This document shows, piece after piece, positions 62,443 to 64,000 of a stretch of 64,000 nt of DNA. The notes below the pieces were generated by a model that worked only from the letters and a program-made list of their open reading frames with translations, did not search any database and was not told the origin of the DNA. Positions within the stretch are counted from its first letter, which is position 1. The number at the start of each line of letters is the position of its first letter. Made by a program: the position numbers and the translations under genes. This DNA comes from Thermodesulfobacteriota bacterium (lineage in GTDB: Bacteria > Desulfobacterota_D > UBA1144 > Nemesobacterales > JAJCZQ01), in NCBI GenBank assembly GCA_965215275.1, contig OZ244044.1, forward strand, positions 1,728,001 through 1,792,000. Direction: 5' to 3'.

Positions 62443-63519
62443 CTATAGTTTACTTTTTTTTCTTATAAATGCAGGAATTTCAAATTCATCTTCCTCAAAA
62501 GCATCGGAAGGTATATCGGTAACTATATTTATGTTCCTTTCTTCGGTTTTACCTTTAATTCCAGTAGCTATTACAGTAATTTTTACTGAATCTTTTGCTT
62601 CTTCATCAAATACAAGACCGAATATAAGATTTACGTCGTTATGAGCTTTTTCCCTTACGTGTTCACAGGCACGGTTAAGTTCCTCTATTCCAAAGTCGGG
62701 TGAGGCGGTTACATTAAGAAGAATTCCCTTGGCACCGTCAATTGAGATATCTTCAAGTAACGGGCTTGTAATTGCCGATTCGGCTGCTTTCACTCCTCTG
62801 TCTGGACCATCACCATACCCTGTTCCCATTAGTGCTTTTCCACCATTTTCACTCATTATGCTCTTGACGTCGGCAAAATCAACGTTAATGAAACCCGTAC
62901 CGATAATGATATCTGATATTCCCCTTACTGCCTGGTAAAGAACTTCGTCAGCTTTCTGAAAAGCTTCTATAATGGTTGTTTTCTCCTGACTCGTGGACAG
63001 TCTGTTATTTGGGATAATGATCAAGGTGTCAACTTCTTTTTCAAGGTTATTGATCCCATCCAAAGCTTGCTTGCTGCGTCTGGGTCCCTCAAAACTAAAG
63101 GGTTTTGTTACAACACCTACCGTTAATGCTCCTAACTCTTTAGATGCTCTTGCAATTATTGGAGAAGACCCTGTTCCTGTACCTCCGCCCATGCCAGCCG
63201 TTATAAATACCATATCTGCACCGTCCAGGGATTCAGATATCTTTTCGACATCCTCCTCTGCAGCTGCAGCACCTATTAAAGGGTCGCTTCCAGAACCTAA
63301 ACCTTTTGTTTTCTTTTTACCTATCTGGATTTTGTTTGGAGCATTGGATTTTTTCAAGTCCTGGGTATCTGTGTTTACAGTTATAAACTCAACGCCACTG
63401 AGCTCTTTGGCGATCATGGTGTTTACTGCATTGCCCCCAGCTCCTCCAGTGCCGATCACCTTGATCTTTGCCTTCTTGTCTTTGTCTGATGCAGGAAACT
63501 CGATCTCAAAATTTGCCAT
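62443..63519 (-). CDS. ftsZ: cell division GTPase
   Basis: GGAGGNAV, GMGGGTGTG, INVDFAD, C-terminal EIPAFIRK. Confidence 0.97.
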   Translation of the reverse strand: MANFEIEFPASDKDKKAKIKVIGTGGAGGNAVNTMIAKELSGVEFITVNTDTQDLKKSNAPNKIQIGKKKTKGLGSGSDPLIGAAAAEEDVEKISESLDGADMVFITAGMGGGTGTGSSPIIARASKELGALTVGVVTKPFSFEGPRRSKQALDGINNLEKEVDTLIIIPNNRLSTSQEKTTIIEAFQKADEVLYQAVRGISDIIIGTGFINVDFADVKSIMSENGGKALMGTGYGDGPDRGVKAAESAITSPLLEDISIDGAKGILLNVTASPDFGIEELNRACEHVREKAHNDVNLIFGLVFDEEAKDSVKITVIATGIKGKTEERNINIVTDIPSDAFEEDEFEIPAFIRKKSKL

Positions 63520-63545
63520 TTTTTACCCCTTTTCTTAAGTTTACA

Positions 63546-64000
63546 TTACAGGAACTCTTTAAACCAGTTTTTCATTATTTCAAATACCTGCTTGAACGTG
63601 TTCTCGTCCCTGATCCTGATCTTTTTATTGTCAGTATTTTTTGCACTGTACTGGACCAGACCTACTCCGGTAGAGTATATAGGACTGCTGATGATCTCCT
63701 GTAACCCTCCTATCTGTCTGGGAATACCTAGTCTCACTGGCATAGCAAGTATTTTTTCTGCAAGTTCCACCGTACCTTCCATACTTACCGAGCCTCCTGT
63801 TATGACCGCCCCTGCCGCTAAAAAGTCTATATCGCTGTTGTTTTCTATTTCTCTTTTAACAAGGTTAAATATCTCTTCCATTCTTGGTTCTATTATCATT
63901 GCCAGGTCGCTTTTTAAAATGTAACGCTCTCTTTTTCCAACTCCATCTATTTTTATCTGTTCATCGTTATCGATTAATTCCTGCATGGCGATCCCATGTT
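63546..64000 (-). CDS. ftsA: cell division protein FtsA, C-terminal part (runs off window)
   Basis: IIEPRMEEIF, VITGG, PVRLG.P, YSTGVGL, amphipathic WFKEFL. Confidence 0.93.
   Translation of the reverse strand, partial: HGIAMQELIDNDEQIKIDGVGKRERYILKSDLAMIIEPRMEEIFNLVKREIENNSDIDFLAAGAVITGGSVSMEGTVELAEKILAMPVRLGIPRQIGGLQEIISSPIYSTGVGLVQYSAKNTDNKKIRIRDENTFKQVFEIMKNWFKEFL

Overview
Bacterial chromosome window of moderate-to-low GC. It has core genes (mnmG, aroF, yggT-proC-yggS, prmC-murA-hisG, katA, ftsY-ribD-nadD-rsfS, ftsZ-ftsA) interleaved with AT-rich accessory blocks. Gene style and decay suggest a host-associated lineage, possibly Dadabacteria-like, but that is inference only. (1) The main signal is three dispersed paralogues of a surface protein: a catalytically dead subtilase (S8) head, a P-domain, a mosaic stalk of 5-7 Ig-like modules and a GGGGGGC-TM-basic anchor. 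Each sits behind the same 5' cassette: sigma70 promoter, near-leaderless uORF with a C9 tract and hairpin, then a second ATG with a C10 tract that puts the signal peptide out of frame in all three copies. (2) There are three candidate defence modules: NurA-HerA-DUF4338(DruA-like); MTase + GHKL/histidine kinase + receiver protein; and ABC-type ATPase + PIN. (3) A TnpB 3' relic has its putative omega-RNA, and an orphan ungapped homologue of that RNA lies 47 kb away. (4) About ten IS1595 (ISNwi1-type) end motifs mark accessory boundaries. No tRNA, rRNA or CRISPR array was seen. Several single-base frameshifts may be assembly errors, so homopolymer lengths need checking against reads.
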